Of a stretch of DNA of 30,033 nt, positions 1 through 8,790 are shown piece by piece (the first letter of the stretch is position 1; every line of letters begins with the position of its first letter). The stretch comes from Bdellovibrionota bacterium. Its GTDB lineage: Bacteria > Bdellovibrionota_C > UBA2361 > JBGSMV01. The notes beneath the pieces were generated by a model, which was not told the DNA's origin, did no database searches, and saw only the letters and a list, made by a program, of their open reading frames with translations. The DNA is taken from NCBI GenBank assembly GCA_044356455.1, contig JBIKWF010000047.1:1-30033 (forward strand). Direction: 5' to 3'. The translations under genes were made by a program, and so were the position numbers.

Positions 1-471
1 ATGAAATTTCGTATTCTTTTTGCAGACCGGCCCAAACACGACCCTTTAGAGGCCTATGAGGCTGATTTTATTAAAAGAATTAGCCGCATGGGAACCCTCA
101 CCCTTGAGGAGATAAACTGTTCTAAATTCGCCAAGCTCGAGGCTAAGGCCAGGAAAAAGAAAGAAACGGACGCCTTGCTTGAGAGGGTAGAGCGCTCGGA
201 GTATTCAGTGGCTCTGGATGAGGGGGGAAAGGAGCATTCATCAGAGAGTTTTGCTGAATGGTTACAGGGGCTTGGGGTTCAGGGCAAGTCCCGGGTTGTT
301 TTTCTCATTGGCGGCGCCCACGGCCATGATGATTCGATTAAAGGCCGGGTGAACGCTATAATCTCCCTCTCCCGGCTGACGTTTACGTCTCAGTTGGCGC
401 GTGCTCTTTTAGTTGAGCAATTATATCGGGCCCTAAGCATAATAAACGGGACGCCCTATCATAAAGAGTGA
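1..471 (+). CDS. rlmH: 23S rRNA (pseudouridine1915-N3)-methyltransferase RlmH (SPOUT)
   Basis: 156 aa; LDEGGK..SSE.FA, FLIGGAHG, ISLSRLT and C-terminal EQLYRA..I..G.PYHK motifs typical of RlmH. Confidence 0.92.
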   Translation: MKFRILFADRPKHDPLEAYEADFIKRISRMGTLTLEEINCSKFAKLEAKARKKKETDALLERVERSEYSVALDEGGKEHSSESFAEWLQGLGVQGKSRVVFLIGGAHGHDDSIKGRVNAIISLSRLTFTSQLARALLVEQLYRALSIINGTPYHKE

Positions 472-529
472 CATGCTTGCTCTGGGTGACGGGCTCACCA
501 AGGGGGCACACTCTTCAAGGATCTTGCGT

Positions 530-1015
530 ATGGGAAAGGTCAGAAAATTCACAGCTCTCAATATTCGCAAGATTGCAGGCGGAAAAGATCCGGTGCGTTT
601 GGTGGAGGAGTTTATCCTTCGGCGCGGATTTGATCCCGACCAGTCTCAGCAACAGAAGACGGCGGATCATGTGCGCTGGATGCTTGCGCTTGGTAATGGC
701 GAAGAGCTTGAAGTGCTTGCAGAAGGCTTAAAAACACCGGCCGAAACAACCGTCTATATGGGCGTCAATGTTGTTACGGTGCCGGTGCGGGGCAGTGCAG
801 ATGTGCTTGCCGCAGCTTTGCAAATTGCAGACGGACTTGTGGGAATCAAGGTAAGTCTCGTTGGACATTACTTAGTTCTTAGTTCAACGCTTGGAGCAGC
901 AGGGCTCACGGTTGATGAGCTCGATTACAATTTCAAACTTATTAATGCGCAGCAGAATTGGTTCCGCGAGGCTCTTACTGATGAGCTGGGGTGGGAAGCA
1001 CTTCCGGAAGAGTGA
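530..1015 (+). CDS. Hypothetical protein, possibly YbjN/CesT-like chaperone fold
   Basis: ORF 473..1015; in-frame ATG at 530 with AAGGA upstream is the likelier start; ~160 aa alpha/beta pattern and acidic C-terminal helix resemble YbjN-like proteins (by eye). Confidence 0.5.
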   Translation: MGKVRKFTALNIRKIAGGKDPVRLVEEFILRRGFDPDQSQQQKTADHVRWMLALGNGEELEVLAEGLKTPAETTVYMGVNVVTVPVRGSADVLAAALQIADGLVGIKVSLVGHYLVLSSTLGAAGLTVDELDYNFKLINAQQNWFREALTDELGWEALPEE

Positions 1016-1017
1016 GG

Positions 1018-1152
1018 GGTAGGGCGCGCCGAATGAATTGCCGCGGAGAGTCTCGCCAGACGCCGCGATTACCCAATCAGCCACGTCGACAAATACAGGC
1101 CACGTGCCTGGACGGGAGATCTTGCGGCACCGCGGGGACGCGGCGCCCTACC
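1018..1152. repeat. Solo copy of the family A REPIN-like unit (GGTAG...CTACC)
   Basis: Right 54 bp (1099-1152) match the right block of the units at 23696-24321; left end GGTAGGGCGCGCCGAA has lost its hairpin. Confidence 0.85.
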
Positions 1153-1165
1153 TAGATGCCGTGAT

Positions 1166-1227
1166 GGTAGGGCGCGCCGTTCTGCCTCTGTCAGTGGGCG
1201 ACGGCGCGACGCGCGCCTCGGCGTGCC
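1166..1227 (+). repeat. GTAG-tagged REP with expanded loop
   Basis: GGTAG-GGCGCGCCG ... CGGCGTGCC stem arms around a ~39-nt insert. Confidence 0.55.
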
Positions 1228-1457
1228 GCATGATCGTTCAAGTCTGCGAAGCGAATTGGGCTTCTCCCGTAGTGAGGGGACGCGAATTTCGGGCTCGTAA
1301 CAATAGTTTAGGCGCACTTCTCACTTCGATTAACTAGCTTAAATTTCTAATCTTTTTAGCGCCGATGCGCCGTTCTGCTCCTCTTGCAGCTATGACGATT
1401 GTGCGTTCTCTAAATATGGCGATTGTTTAATCGCTATATTCAGTCTACTCTACCTTT

Positions 1458-2831
1458 ATGGCTGCCCCGCATGAAATTCTCGAAATCTACCGTTCTCACA
1501 ATCTGCATTGGGAGTCTGAGCAGCTATTTGGGGAGCGTGATCCGCAGCTTTCGCAATTTAATCTTCAGCCCCTCAGGTATGCGTACCCCTGCGAGCGCGA
1601 GATTCCGATTTCGGAACCTGGAATTTATCTACTTACGGGTGGACGCCAGCTAGGGAAGACCACCTGTCTTAAGAAGCTCATAGAACGTGCGCTCGCTCAT
1701 GGTGTGTCCCCCCAACGGATTTTCTATTTGCCTTGCGACACGATACTTGACCGTGCCGAGTTGTATAAAATCTTGAAGCTTTTTCTTGAGGGTGTCGTAG
1801 GGGAGGGCTCTCTACTGCTCATTGATGAAGCAACCTATGTGAAAGAATGGGAGCGCACCATCAAAGCATTGGCGGATGAAGGACTCCTCAGGTCCTCCGC
1901 CTGTGTCATTACGGGCTCAGACAAGGTGATGCTTGAGGATGCGACAACTCGACTGCCCGGTCGTAGAGGAAGCGGTGATAAAGTTAATTTTGAAATTCAG
2001 CCCCTGCTCTTTTCGGAGTATTTAACTCTCTTTACTCGGGGCGACGTGGCGATCGATCTGAGCGAGCACTTCGCCAGGTATTTGGTTCACGGAGGCTATC
2101 TCCCTGCGATTAATGGTTTCGAGTCAAAGGGAAGTGTTCCGCTAAGTTCAACCAGAACCTATCAGGAATGGGTCATGGGAGACTTCTTGCGCCTTGGAAA
2201 GAGCAAGGCAAATTTAGTGCAGGTGCTGCGAGCTATTCTCGCAACTTATGGTTCTCCACTTTCGTACCCTCGGCTCGCAAATCATACCGAAGGGCTAGGC
2301 AAAGATTCAGTGCATGAATATTGTACGCTGCTAAGTCGCCTGGGCATAATCATTGTCCAGCCGGCACTTGACCAGAATAGTCTTGGCCCCGCTCAGAAAA
2401 AAGACCGCAAATTCCACTTCTGCGATCCCTTTATCCTTCGCGCGCTCGCCCAACTTGTGAATGAAGCGAATGCGTCTCTTGAAGTGCCGGAGGAGTCAGC
2501 GATTGTTGAGAGTATTTGTGTCGCTCATTTTTCTCGTTTTTTGCCGACCTACTATCTAAAAGCAGAGGGGGAGGTTGATGTAGTGTGCGTTTCAAAGAAT
2601 AGTTTTCAGCCCATAGAGATTAAATGGAGAAAACAAGTTCGTCCTCAAGACACAAAGCAGCTATCGAAGTATTCGAATGGGGTGATTCTTTCAAGGCAAG
2701 AAGAAAGCGGTTTGCTTGGGAAGATTCCGTTACTACCGCTGGTCCCCTGTCTTGCTCAGCTGCCACGGCTTGATTTCGCTTGTCTTGCGGATTCTCTCCA
2801 GGATCTCTTTGCTCGGTTGCGAAAGAACTAG
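1458..2831 (+). CDS. AAA+ ATPase (AAA_14 + DUF4143 type) with C-terminal PD-(D/E)xK-like motif
   Basis: Walker A GGRQLGKT, Walker B LLIDEA, ITGS, L.GR, GGYLP, KFHFCDP, C-terminal EVDVV...IEIKW. Confidence 0.85.
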   Translation: MAAPHEILEIYRSHNLHWESEQLFGERDPQLSQFNLQPLRYAYPCEREIPISEPGIYLLTGGRQLGKTTCLKKLIERALAHGVSPQRIFYLPCDTILDRAELYKILKLFLEGVVGEGSLLLIDEATYVKEWERTIKALADEGLLRSSACVITGSDKVMLEDATTRLPGRRGSGDKVNFEIQPLLFSEYLTLFTRGDVAIDLSEHFARYLVHGGYLPAINGFESKGSVPLSSTRTYQEWVMGDFLRLGKSKANLVQVLRAILATYGSPLSYPRLANHTEGLGKDSVHEYCTLLSRLGIIIVQPALDQNSLGPAQKKDRKFHFCDPFILRALAQLVNEANASLEVPEESAIVESICVAHFSRFLPTYYLKAEGEVDVVCVSKNSFQPIEIKWRKQVRPQDTKQLSKYSNGVILSRQEESGLLGKIPLLPLVPCLAQLPRLDFACLADSLQDLFARLRKN

Positions 2832-2908
2832 TTTCAGAAATAACTTCAACCCCCCGCAACTTCTTACTCCTTTTCCCGATACATATAGGACTGCGGGAGG
2901 GGGTATCT

Positions 2909-4459
2909 GTGGTCATCCACGAAAATCAGTTTCTTGATAAATCTGGCAAACGGCGCGAGAGCGCTGATGTCTCTAAGGCGATTACGCTTGCGCGCTGCTC
3001 GTCGCCTGAGGCTCGGGAAAGGCTTTCCTTTGAATTAGCGAGTAAACTTGGGGTGTTGCCTCTTGGGCTGGTGCGTATCCAGTCTGGCGAGCTGTTTACC
3101 GCCGCGGTTCATTCGGAGGACTTTCAGGACCTGGAGGTCGCGCTACGGTTCGCTACCGGGCTGCGCCCCAAGCTCATTAAGGTGCCCAAGGAGGACTTGG
3201 AGCGCGCACTGATGATTGCATACTACGGAAGCGAGGCCGCCCTTGAGGAGCGAGTAGCGGCGCTAAGTGAAGTGGCGGCTAAGGAGCGCCTTAGGACTAG
3301 CTCTCTGCCTATAGGCCCGACTACGGAGGGCGAGATCCCTCAATTTATATCTGCGCTTCTTAAGTACGCGATTGCCCACCGTGCTTCTGATATTCATCTT
3401 ACCCCGCAGCGCGAGGGAACGCGTGTAAGTCTGCGCGTAGACGGAGAAGTGCTTGAGAGAGAGGGACGTGTTGCTTCTCAGGCCCAGCACGAGCAGCTTG
3501 TGAGAAGAATAAAAGTGTTAGCGCGCCTTAATCTCAATGAGCGCTGCGCGCCCCAAGATGGATCGTTTTTCCATCGCAGCGGAGTCACGCTGCTCTCGGT
3601 GCGTGTAAGCATCATTCCGACGGTGCATGGGGAGCGCGTGGTGCTGCGGCTCGCGGTAGATGCCGATGCGCTTTCTTTAAGAGACCTTGGACTTGATATT
3701 CGCACCGAAACAGCCCTGCATGAAATTCTAAGAAAGCAGGAAGGGGCGGTTTTGCTTGCCGGTTCTACAGGAAGCGGGAAGACGACCACGTTGTATGCAA
3801 TTTTAGAATCTCTGCGGGGAACTGGGCTGACGCTTTCGAGCATTGAGGATCCGGTTGAGCGCGAGCTCGCGGGAGTTTCTCAAACTTCGCTCAATCTTGA
3901 GCGTGGCTTAGGATTCGATCCTCTGCTGCGGGCGATTCTGCGCCAGGATCCCGACGTCATTATGGTGGGGGAGCTTCGCGATTCTGCAAGCGCAACAACG
4001 GCCCTGCAAGCAGCAATTACTGGTCACCTTGTCCTTTCCACCATTCACGCGAGGTCCGTATACGATATCATCACCCGGCTTGAGCATTTTGGAGTGCCCC
4101 GCTATTCGATTGGGGATTCCGTGGGCCTGCTCCTTACCCAGCGACTGCTTGGACGTCTCTGCCGGGCCTGCCGAGTCACTGACCTTGCTTTAACTCAGCA
4201 ACTAGGATTTGAGGCTTTTAGGGCAGTGGGGTGCAGTAAGTGTCACTATACAGGCTGCGTAGGGCGTGCGCTTGTGGTGGAGTCGCTTACTTTGGATGCC
4301 GAAATTCGCCGAGTCCTTAGAGCGAAAGATTTTGCCCCAGAAGACCTTGCTCGCGCCTGCACCCAAGACAACAATTCTTCCTTTAAGGATGGGGTTCTTT
4401 CGCTAGTGCGCTCTGGTATAGTGGCGGCTAGTGAACTTCGGCTCCTTGAGGATACCTAA
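2909..4459 (+). CDS. PilB/GspE-family type IV pilus / type II secretion assembly ATPase
   Basis: ASDIH, Walker A GSTGSGKTT, IEDPVE, LRQDPDVIMVGELRD, TGHLVLSTIH, Zn CRAC...CSKC; in-frame GTG at 2909 with GGAGG SD removes the overlap with the upstream gene. Confidence 0.92.
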   Translation: MVIHENQFLDKSGKRRESADVSKAITLARCSSPEARERLSFELASKLGVLPLGLVRIQSGELFTAAVHSEDFQDLEVALRFATGLRPKLIKVPKEDLERALMIAYYGSEAALEERVAALSEVAAKERLRTSSLPIGPTTEGEIPQFISALLKYAIAHRASDIHLTPQREGTRVSLRVDGEVLEREGRVASQAQHEQLVRRIKVLARLNLNERCAPQDGSFFHRSGVTLLSVRVSIIPTVHGERVVLRLAVDADALSLRDLGLDIRTETALHEILRKQEGAVLLAGSTGSGKTTTLYAILESLRGTGLTLSSIEDPVERELAGVSQTSLNLERGLGFDPLLRAILRQDPDVIMVGELRDSASATTALQAAITGHLVLSTIHARSVYDIITRLEHFGVPRYSIGDSVGLLLTQRLLGRLCRACRVTDLALTQQLGFEAFRAVGCSKCHYTGCVGRALVVESLTLDAEIRRVLRAKDFAPEDLARACTQDNNSSFKDGVLSLVRSGIVAASELRLLEDT

Positions 4460-4554
4460 GGAATCTCTAAAAAAGATCCGCTCCGTGAACTCTGTGCCCT
4501 CTGTGGTTGATTTAAAATTTAAAAAAAACCACAGAGAACACAGAGCGCACTAAG
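4460..4554. mobile_element. Family B MITE, partial, with family D internal palindrome
   Basis: CTAA|GGAATCTCTAAAAAA end; aligns to the reverse complement of 29036-29147 with one extra 9-bp unit; CTCTGTG..CTCTGTGGTT / AACCACAGAG..CACAGAG; far end decayed. Confidence 0.75.
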
Positions 4555-4593
4555 GGGGGGCGCGGACTCTTTGGGGAGCGTTGGAGGCTTTTA

Positions 4594-5067
4594 ATGCTGC
4601 CGCTTAGACCAAATGTATGTCTTCTTATTTTGAACAAAGAGAGAAATCTCTTTCTCGGACAGCGCTCCGGAGCCAGTGCAGTTTGGCAATTCCCTCAAGG
4701 GGGAGTTGAACACGGCTCTCTCGAGGAGAATGCTCTGCGCGAGGCGCACGAGGAGATGGGGGTGGATCTTAACCTCCTTCGAGTACTGCAGAAGCTGAGC
4801 GCGACGCATGAGTATGATTTCGCGAATCCCCCGGAGTACGCGCGTGGTGTATGGCGCGGCCAATCTCAGACTTTTTGGTTACTGGAGTTTCTTGGAGTAG
4901 ATGCGGACATCAAGCTGGACCGCTTCGAGCCAGAGTTCTCGAGTTTTGCGTGGTGCCCACCGGCTGAGGTGCTTGGAAGGGTCGAAGAGCGGAGGCGGAA
5001 GGGGTATGAGGCGCCGCTTAGAGAGGTCGTTGGCCTCTTAGAACAAGGTTTATTCCCGTCCTGGTAG
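4594..5067 (+). CDS. rppH: RNA pyrophosphohydrolase (Nudix) RppH/NudH
   Basis: RPNV, WQFPQGG, Nudix box GGVEHGSLEENALREAHEEMG, RGQSQTFWLL, PEF..F.W; GGAGG SD. Confidence 0.85.
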   Translation: MLPLRPNVCLLILNKERNLFLGQRSGASAVWQFPQGGVEHGSLEENALREAHEEMGVDLNLLRVLQKLSATHEYDFANPPEYARGVWRGQSQTFWLLEFLGVDADIKLDRFEPEFSSFAWCPPAEVLGRVEERRRKGYEAPLREVVGLLEQGLFPSW

Positions 5068-5335
5068 GGCGCCCTGTCCCCAGGGCGCCGCATGAGCTTC
5101 CGGCTTGCCGATTGCTGGCCTGCGCGAGGCAGGAAAACCTGAGGAATCTCTGATGAACCCACCTCTGTGTACCTCTTGGGCTGTTTTTTCTCCGCGTACC
5201 CCGCGTCCTCCGCGTTATTCATTAGTTTTCAAGTAACGCGGAGGGGAGTTTTTCAGAGATTCCTTAAGAATGGAGGTTTTTCAGAGGTCCCCTAACCAAG
5301 CATCTTTCGGCGCCCTAGGGACAGGGCGCCCTACC
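5063..5335. repeat. Family A inverted REP pair enclosing family B sequence
   Basis: GGTAGGGCGCCCTGTCCCCAGGGCGCCG (5063-5090) and its near-perfect inverse CGGCGCCCTAGGGACAGGGCGCCCTACC (5308-5335). Confidence 0.9.
5143..5291. mobile_element. Family B MITE with doubled right end (nested or tandem)
   Basis: GGAATCTCTGA left end; right ends TTTTTCAGAGATTCC|TTAA (5263) and TTTTTCAGAGGTCCC|CTAA (5291); 5264-5293 identical to 20718-20747. Confidence 0.8.
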
Positions 5336-5491
5336 ATTCAAATTTTTGGATGCCAAAAAGCACGAGGTGCCAAACGCAGGTTCCCTGCATCAAAACTGGG
5401 TGAGGGGGCTTTGCACCCTTTGGTCCGCCTTTAAAAAGATTTCTCGGTTTTCACAGGGACGACGTGAGCAGCGTCCTGGGACGGTTCTCAA

Positions 5492-5998
5492 ATGACTGAA
5501 CTTTCTAATCAAATTCTTCCTCTTGGTCTCGCCGGTTTGGTGGGGCTGTTTATTGGTCTGCAACTTATTCTTACCGCGGCGGTTCTTATGAGCCTGCGCG
5601 CTTCGGCGCGTGAGCGTAGCCAGCTCAACAAAGAGATGTTTGGACTCGTTAAGCGCATTGAGGGCCTTACCTCGAATCGTAGAGAGCAAATGCTTAAACA
5701 CTACGACGGAATGCTTGAGATGTTATCTACGCGCCTTCCTCCCACCATCGCGGCGCACACGAGCCAAGTTATCATAGACACTGAAAGTAAAATTCTTAAT
5801 CGCCTGGCCGAGCTTGAGCCAAACCTGCGAGATGATGAGACGAGCCGAAAGAAAATGGATGAGCTCATTGCGAGCATGGAGCACCTTGAGCAGTCGATAG
5901 TAGCCTCTGCCTCTGATACCGTTCAGCGTGTGATGGCAGAAGGACGACGTAGCCTCCTTGATGACGATAAGTACGCGGATCTTACGCTCGCAGCCTAA
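5492..5998 (+). CDS. Hypothetical membrane-anchored coiled-coil protein
   Basis: 168 aa; N-terminal hydrophobic helix (ILPLGLAGLVGLFIGLQLILTAAVLM) followed by charged helical region. Confidence 0.7.
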   Translation: MTELSNQILPLGLAGLVGLFIGLQLILTAAVLMSLRASARERSQLNKEMFGLVKRIEGLTSNRREQMLKHYDGMLEMLSTRLPPTIAAHTSQVIIDTESKILNRLAELEPNLRDDETSRKKMDELIASMEHLEQSIVASASDTVQRVMAEGRRSLLDDDKYADLTLAA

Positions 5999-6035
5999 AA
6001 AATGCGCGTTACATCGCAGTAATTTGATATTCTCT

Positions 6036-6075
6036 AGGTTGAGTAGTACGAAGGTTTTCTACGTACTCTCAACCT
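6036..6075. other. Stem-loop just upstream of recJ
   Basis: AGGTTGAG(T)AGTACG ... CGTACTCTCAACCT, 14-bp stem with a one-base bulge. Confidence 0.5.
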
Positions 6076-6088
6076 TGGTGGTGTGTGC

Positions 6089-7909
6089 ATGGCTCAGTCA
6101 GCAGTAAAGAAGCCGGGACGTGGTACTTCAAGTGCCGCACGCTCCCACGCACGCTCTTCCGGAGCATTGGCCTTTACGCCCTTTGGCGTTGCCCATAAGC
6201 AAATACGCCTGCGAGAACAAAACGAAGCCGAAGCAAAGAAAATAGAAAAAACGCACGGCGTAAGCCCTGTCACTGCGCGCATTCTTGCGGCGCGTGGGTT
6301 TACCTCAGATGAGCGCCTCAAGACTTACCTTGAACCCACGCTTAAAGAGGGACTTCCTCCTCCTCATAAGCTCCTCAACTTAGAGGCTGCTGCGCAGCTT
6401 GTCGCAGGCGTTGCGCGTGCGGGAAAATCTATCGCAATTTGCTGTGACTTCGACGTCGATGGTCTTTCAGGCGGCGCTCAGGTTTGCCATTTTTTGAAAT
6501 CAGCCGGAATTCCCGTTCGGGTATTTGTTCCCGATCGTTTTCAAGATGGCTACGGCTTAAATGAGAACATGGTGCGAGAGATCGCGGCCTCAGGCTTTAG
6601 CCTGATGATAACCGTCGATTACGGTACGACGAACACGAAAGAGCTAGGTCTCGCACGAGAGCTTGGCCTCTCAACGATAGTTATCGATCATCACCACGTA
6701 GGAGATCATCGCCCGCCCTGTGATCTTTTCGTTAATCCGCAGCAATCTAACTGTGGATTTGCAGAAGGCGTGCTTTGTGCTGCGGGACTTGCCTGGTATT
6801 TTGTTGCGGCGCTTCGGACGGCACTTGCCAAGGATTTTCCAGCGGTGGGTAATCTTGATCCGCGGCGCTATCTTGATTTGGCTTGTCTTGGGACTATTTG
6901 CGATATGGTGCCTCTCAAAGGCCCCAATCGCGTAATCGCCAAGCGCGGTCTTGAGATGCTTTCGTCAACTACGCGCGCAGGGCTCATCGCTCTCAAGTCA
7001 GTAATTGGGGCGAAGAAAGACGTTTCTTGTTACGACGTCTCTTTCGGAATTGGCCCACGCCTAAACGCCGCGGGGCGCATGGTGCATGGCGAAATGGTGA
7101 TTGACCTTCTCACCACTGCGGATAAAGCCTTCGCCGATGAGCTCGCGGGTAAGCTCAATCGCCTAAATGCGGAGCGCCAAGAAACAGAACTCGCAGTCAA
7201 AGAAAAAGCTATTAGCATTATCGAGTCGCGCTACCACGCCTCGGGACTACCGGCTGGGCTTGTGGTGTGGGACGACACCTTCCACACAGGCGTTATCGGT
7301 ATTGTGGCCCAGCGATTGGTAGAGAATTTCTATCGGCCTTCGGTCGTCATGGGGCTGGATGAGAAGGGCGTTTATAAAGGGTCAGTTCGAGGAATTAAAG
7401 GCTTTAGCGTCGTGGAAGCGCTCGGTGCGGTTGGTGAACACCTATTGAAATTTGGTGGTCACGAAGGTGCCGGTGGTTTCTCGGTAGAAGCGTCAAAGCT
7501 TGAAGGATTTGCCGAGGCCTTTGTTGAAGAGTGTGGGCGCAGGCTTGAAGGTATTGAGACCTCTCCCTTTGCGGAGGCTGATACTGAAGTTGCGCTCGGA
7601 GAGATTTCGCTAGACCTTGTGAATGAACTGAAGCGCCTGGCCCCGTTTGGTATGGGAAACCCCAACCCTCAGCTTCTGGTAAAGGGGCTTAAGGTTATGG
7701 ACCTTCGAACCCTTAAGGGTACGCACTTGAAAGCCACACTCTCAGATGGCTCGCGATTTATGGCTGGTATGCTTTGGCGCCAGACTACCCATCCCGCGCT
7801 TGAAAAAGGGGCGCTCGTAAACGTCGCAATTCGTGCTGACTATAATACGTTTAATGGTGTGACTGAGCTCCAGGGCAACTTGCAGGCTATTGAGCTAGTT
7901 AAGAACTAA
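6089..7909 (+). CDS. recJ: Single-stranded-DNA-specific exonuclease RecJ
   Basis: DHH motifs DFDVDG, PDRFQDGYG, ITVDYG, IDHH, GTICDMVPL, GPRLNAAGR, GSVR, FGGH, LAPFGMGNP; ATG 6089 (GTG 6083 alternative). Confidence 0.96.
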   Translation: MAQSAVKKPGRGTSSAARSHARSSGALAFTPFGVAHKQIRLREQNEAEAKKIEKTHGVSPVTARILAARGFTSDERLKTYLEPTLKEGLPPPHKLLNLEAAAQLVAGVARAGKSIAICCDFDVDGLSGGAQVCHFLKSAGIPVRVFVPDRFQDGYGLNENMVREIAASGFSLMITVDYGTTNTKELGLARELGLSTIVIDHHHVGDHRPPCDLFVNPQQSNCGFAEGVLCAAGLAWYFVAALRTALAKDFPAVGNLDPRRYLDLACLGTICDMVPLKGPNRVIAKRGLEMLSSTTRAGLIALKSVIGAKKDVSCYDVSFGIGPRLNAAGRMVHGEMVIDLLTTADKAFADELAGKLNRLNAERQETELAVKEKAISIIESRYHASGLPAGLVVWDDTFHTGVIGIVAQRLVENFYRPSVVMGLDEKGVYKGSVRGIKGFSVVEALGAVGEHLLKFGGHEGAGGFSVEASKLEGFAEAFVEECGRRLEGIETSPFAEADTEVALGEISLDLVNELKRLAPFGMGNPNPQLLVKGLKVMDLRTLKGTHLKATLSDGSRFMAGMLWRQTTHPALEKGALVNVAIRADYNTFNGVTELQGNLQAIELVKN

Positions 7910-8014
7910 GGGCGGCACGTACGGCGAGTAGGGTTTGGTTTTTTTTAGGGAAAGAGAAATCGGCGAATTCGAAAAACGATGTCGTAAGTATCTGAAGATG
8001 CTTGAGATTCGACC

Positions 8015-8764
8015 GTGGCAGCGCGCGCGAAAAAGGTGATTAGCGCCCCATGTCTCGCTACTCTCTTGAGTATGTCTTTACCAACTAGCTCTCCTTCATC
8101 TGGGCGACAGAGAAATTCTTTAGGCTGGGTAGACCCTACCGAGCCAGGTCTTACTGAGCCTCAGCAATTAATCGCGCGTCTGCTTTGGGCAGTTGAAACA
8201 TTCTCTGAGCGCTGGGCGGATCATGTAAGTTCCAACGGTGAGTTCAGCTCGGTGCTTTATCTTAGCGGCTTTATTGACGAGAGGTTTCTTAAGGAGCGTA
8301 GTCGAAGTCTAAAGGAGCAAGTCCTTAAGCATCCCTACCTTAAAAGTGCGATTGATGCGTTTTCGAGAGCTGGGGTTCCTATCTACTGTTATCGCGTAGC
8401 GGAAGGAGTAGCGGCTATCGGAATTCCAATTCCAAATTGCACGGACGCGCTTGCTGGCAAGATGGATCTCGTTTCCTCCGAGCTTCGGTCTCGCTATCTC
8501 GAGGCGCTTCCTAAGAATGCTTTGCATGGGCTTAAGGTCTCGGCAGGGTTGATTTCCTTCGCCCATTTGACTCCGCCTCAAGTGCCAAGCGAGCCGAAAG
8601 GGCGAGCGGCGCAAGAGGGCCTTCCCTCGGTTGAAGCTCCTGGCGCTCAAAATAGAGCAGCGTTGCCTACGCTACGGGACGAAGTTCCTCTCAACAGTTG
8701 CCAATCGGAGATGCGTTCAGAGACAGCCGGCGATGATGCAGAGCCCGCGAGTCCGCAGGCTTAG
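8015..8764 (+). CDS. Hypothetical protein, possible degenerate GGDEF-like domain plus disordered tail
   Basis: Motif order FSSVLYL..F / YRVAEGVAAIGIP / LKVSAGLISF parallels the GGDEF core; start uncertain (ATG 8072 possible). Confidence 0.5.
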   Translation: MAARAKKVISAPCLATLLSMSLPTSSPSSGRQRNSLGWVDPTEPGLTEPQQLIARLLWAVETFSERWADHVSSNGEFSSVLYLSGFIDERFLKERSRSLKEQVLKHPYLKSAIDAFSRAGVPIYCYRVAEGVAAIGIPIPNCTDALAGKMDLVSSELRSRYLEALPKNALHGLKVSAGLISFAHLTPPQVPSEPKGRAAQEGLPSVEAPGAQNRAALPTLRDEVPLNSCQSEMRSETAGDDAEPASPQA

Positions 8765-8781
8765 GAGTCTGCCCCGTAGAA
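8765..8781 (+). mobile_element. Solo family C terminal repeat
   Basis: TTAG|GAGTCTGCCCCGTAGAA, 16/17 identical to the left end at 20750. Confidence 0.65.
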
Positions 8782-8790
8782 CATTTCTTC

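Noticed and set aside
379..402. RlmH reads TFTSQLAR where a His is usually conserved
   Set aside because: Single substitution in an otherwise intact gene; not enough to call a pseudogene or changed function
473..700. MLALG peptide occurring twice in ORF 473..1015
   Set aside because: The first copy lies upstream of the likely start at 530; short match, probably chance
2780..2908. N-terminal extension of PilB overlapping the AAA gene
   Set aside because: A better start (GTG 2909 with GGAGG) removes the overlap
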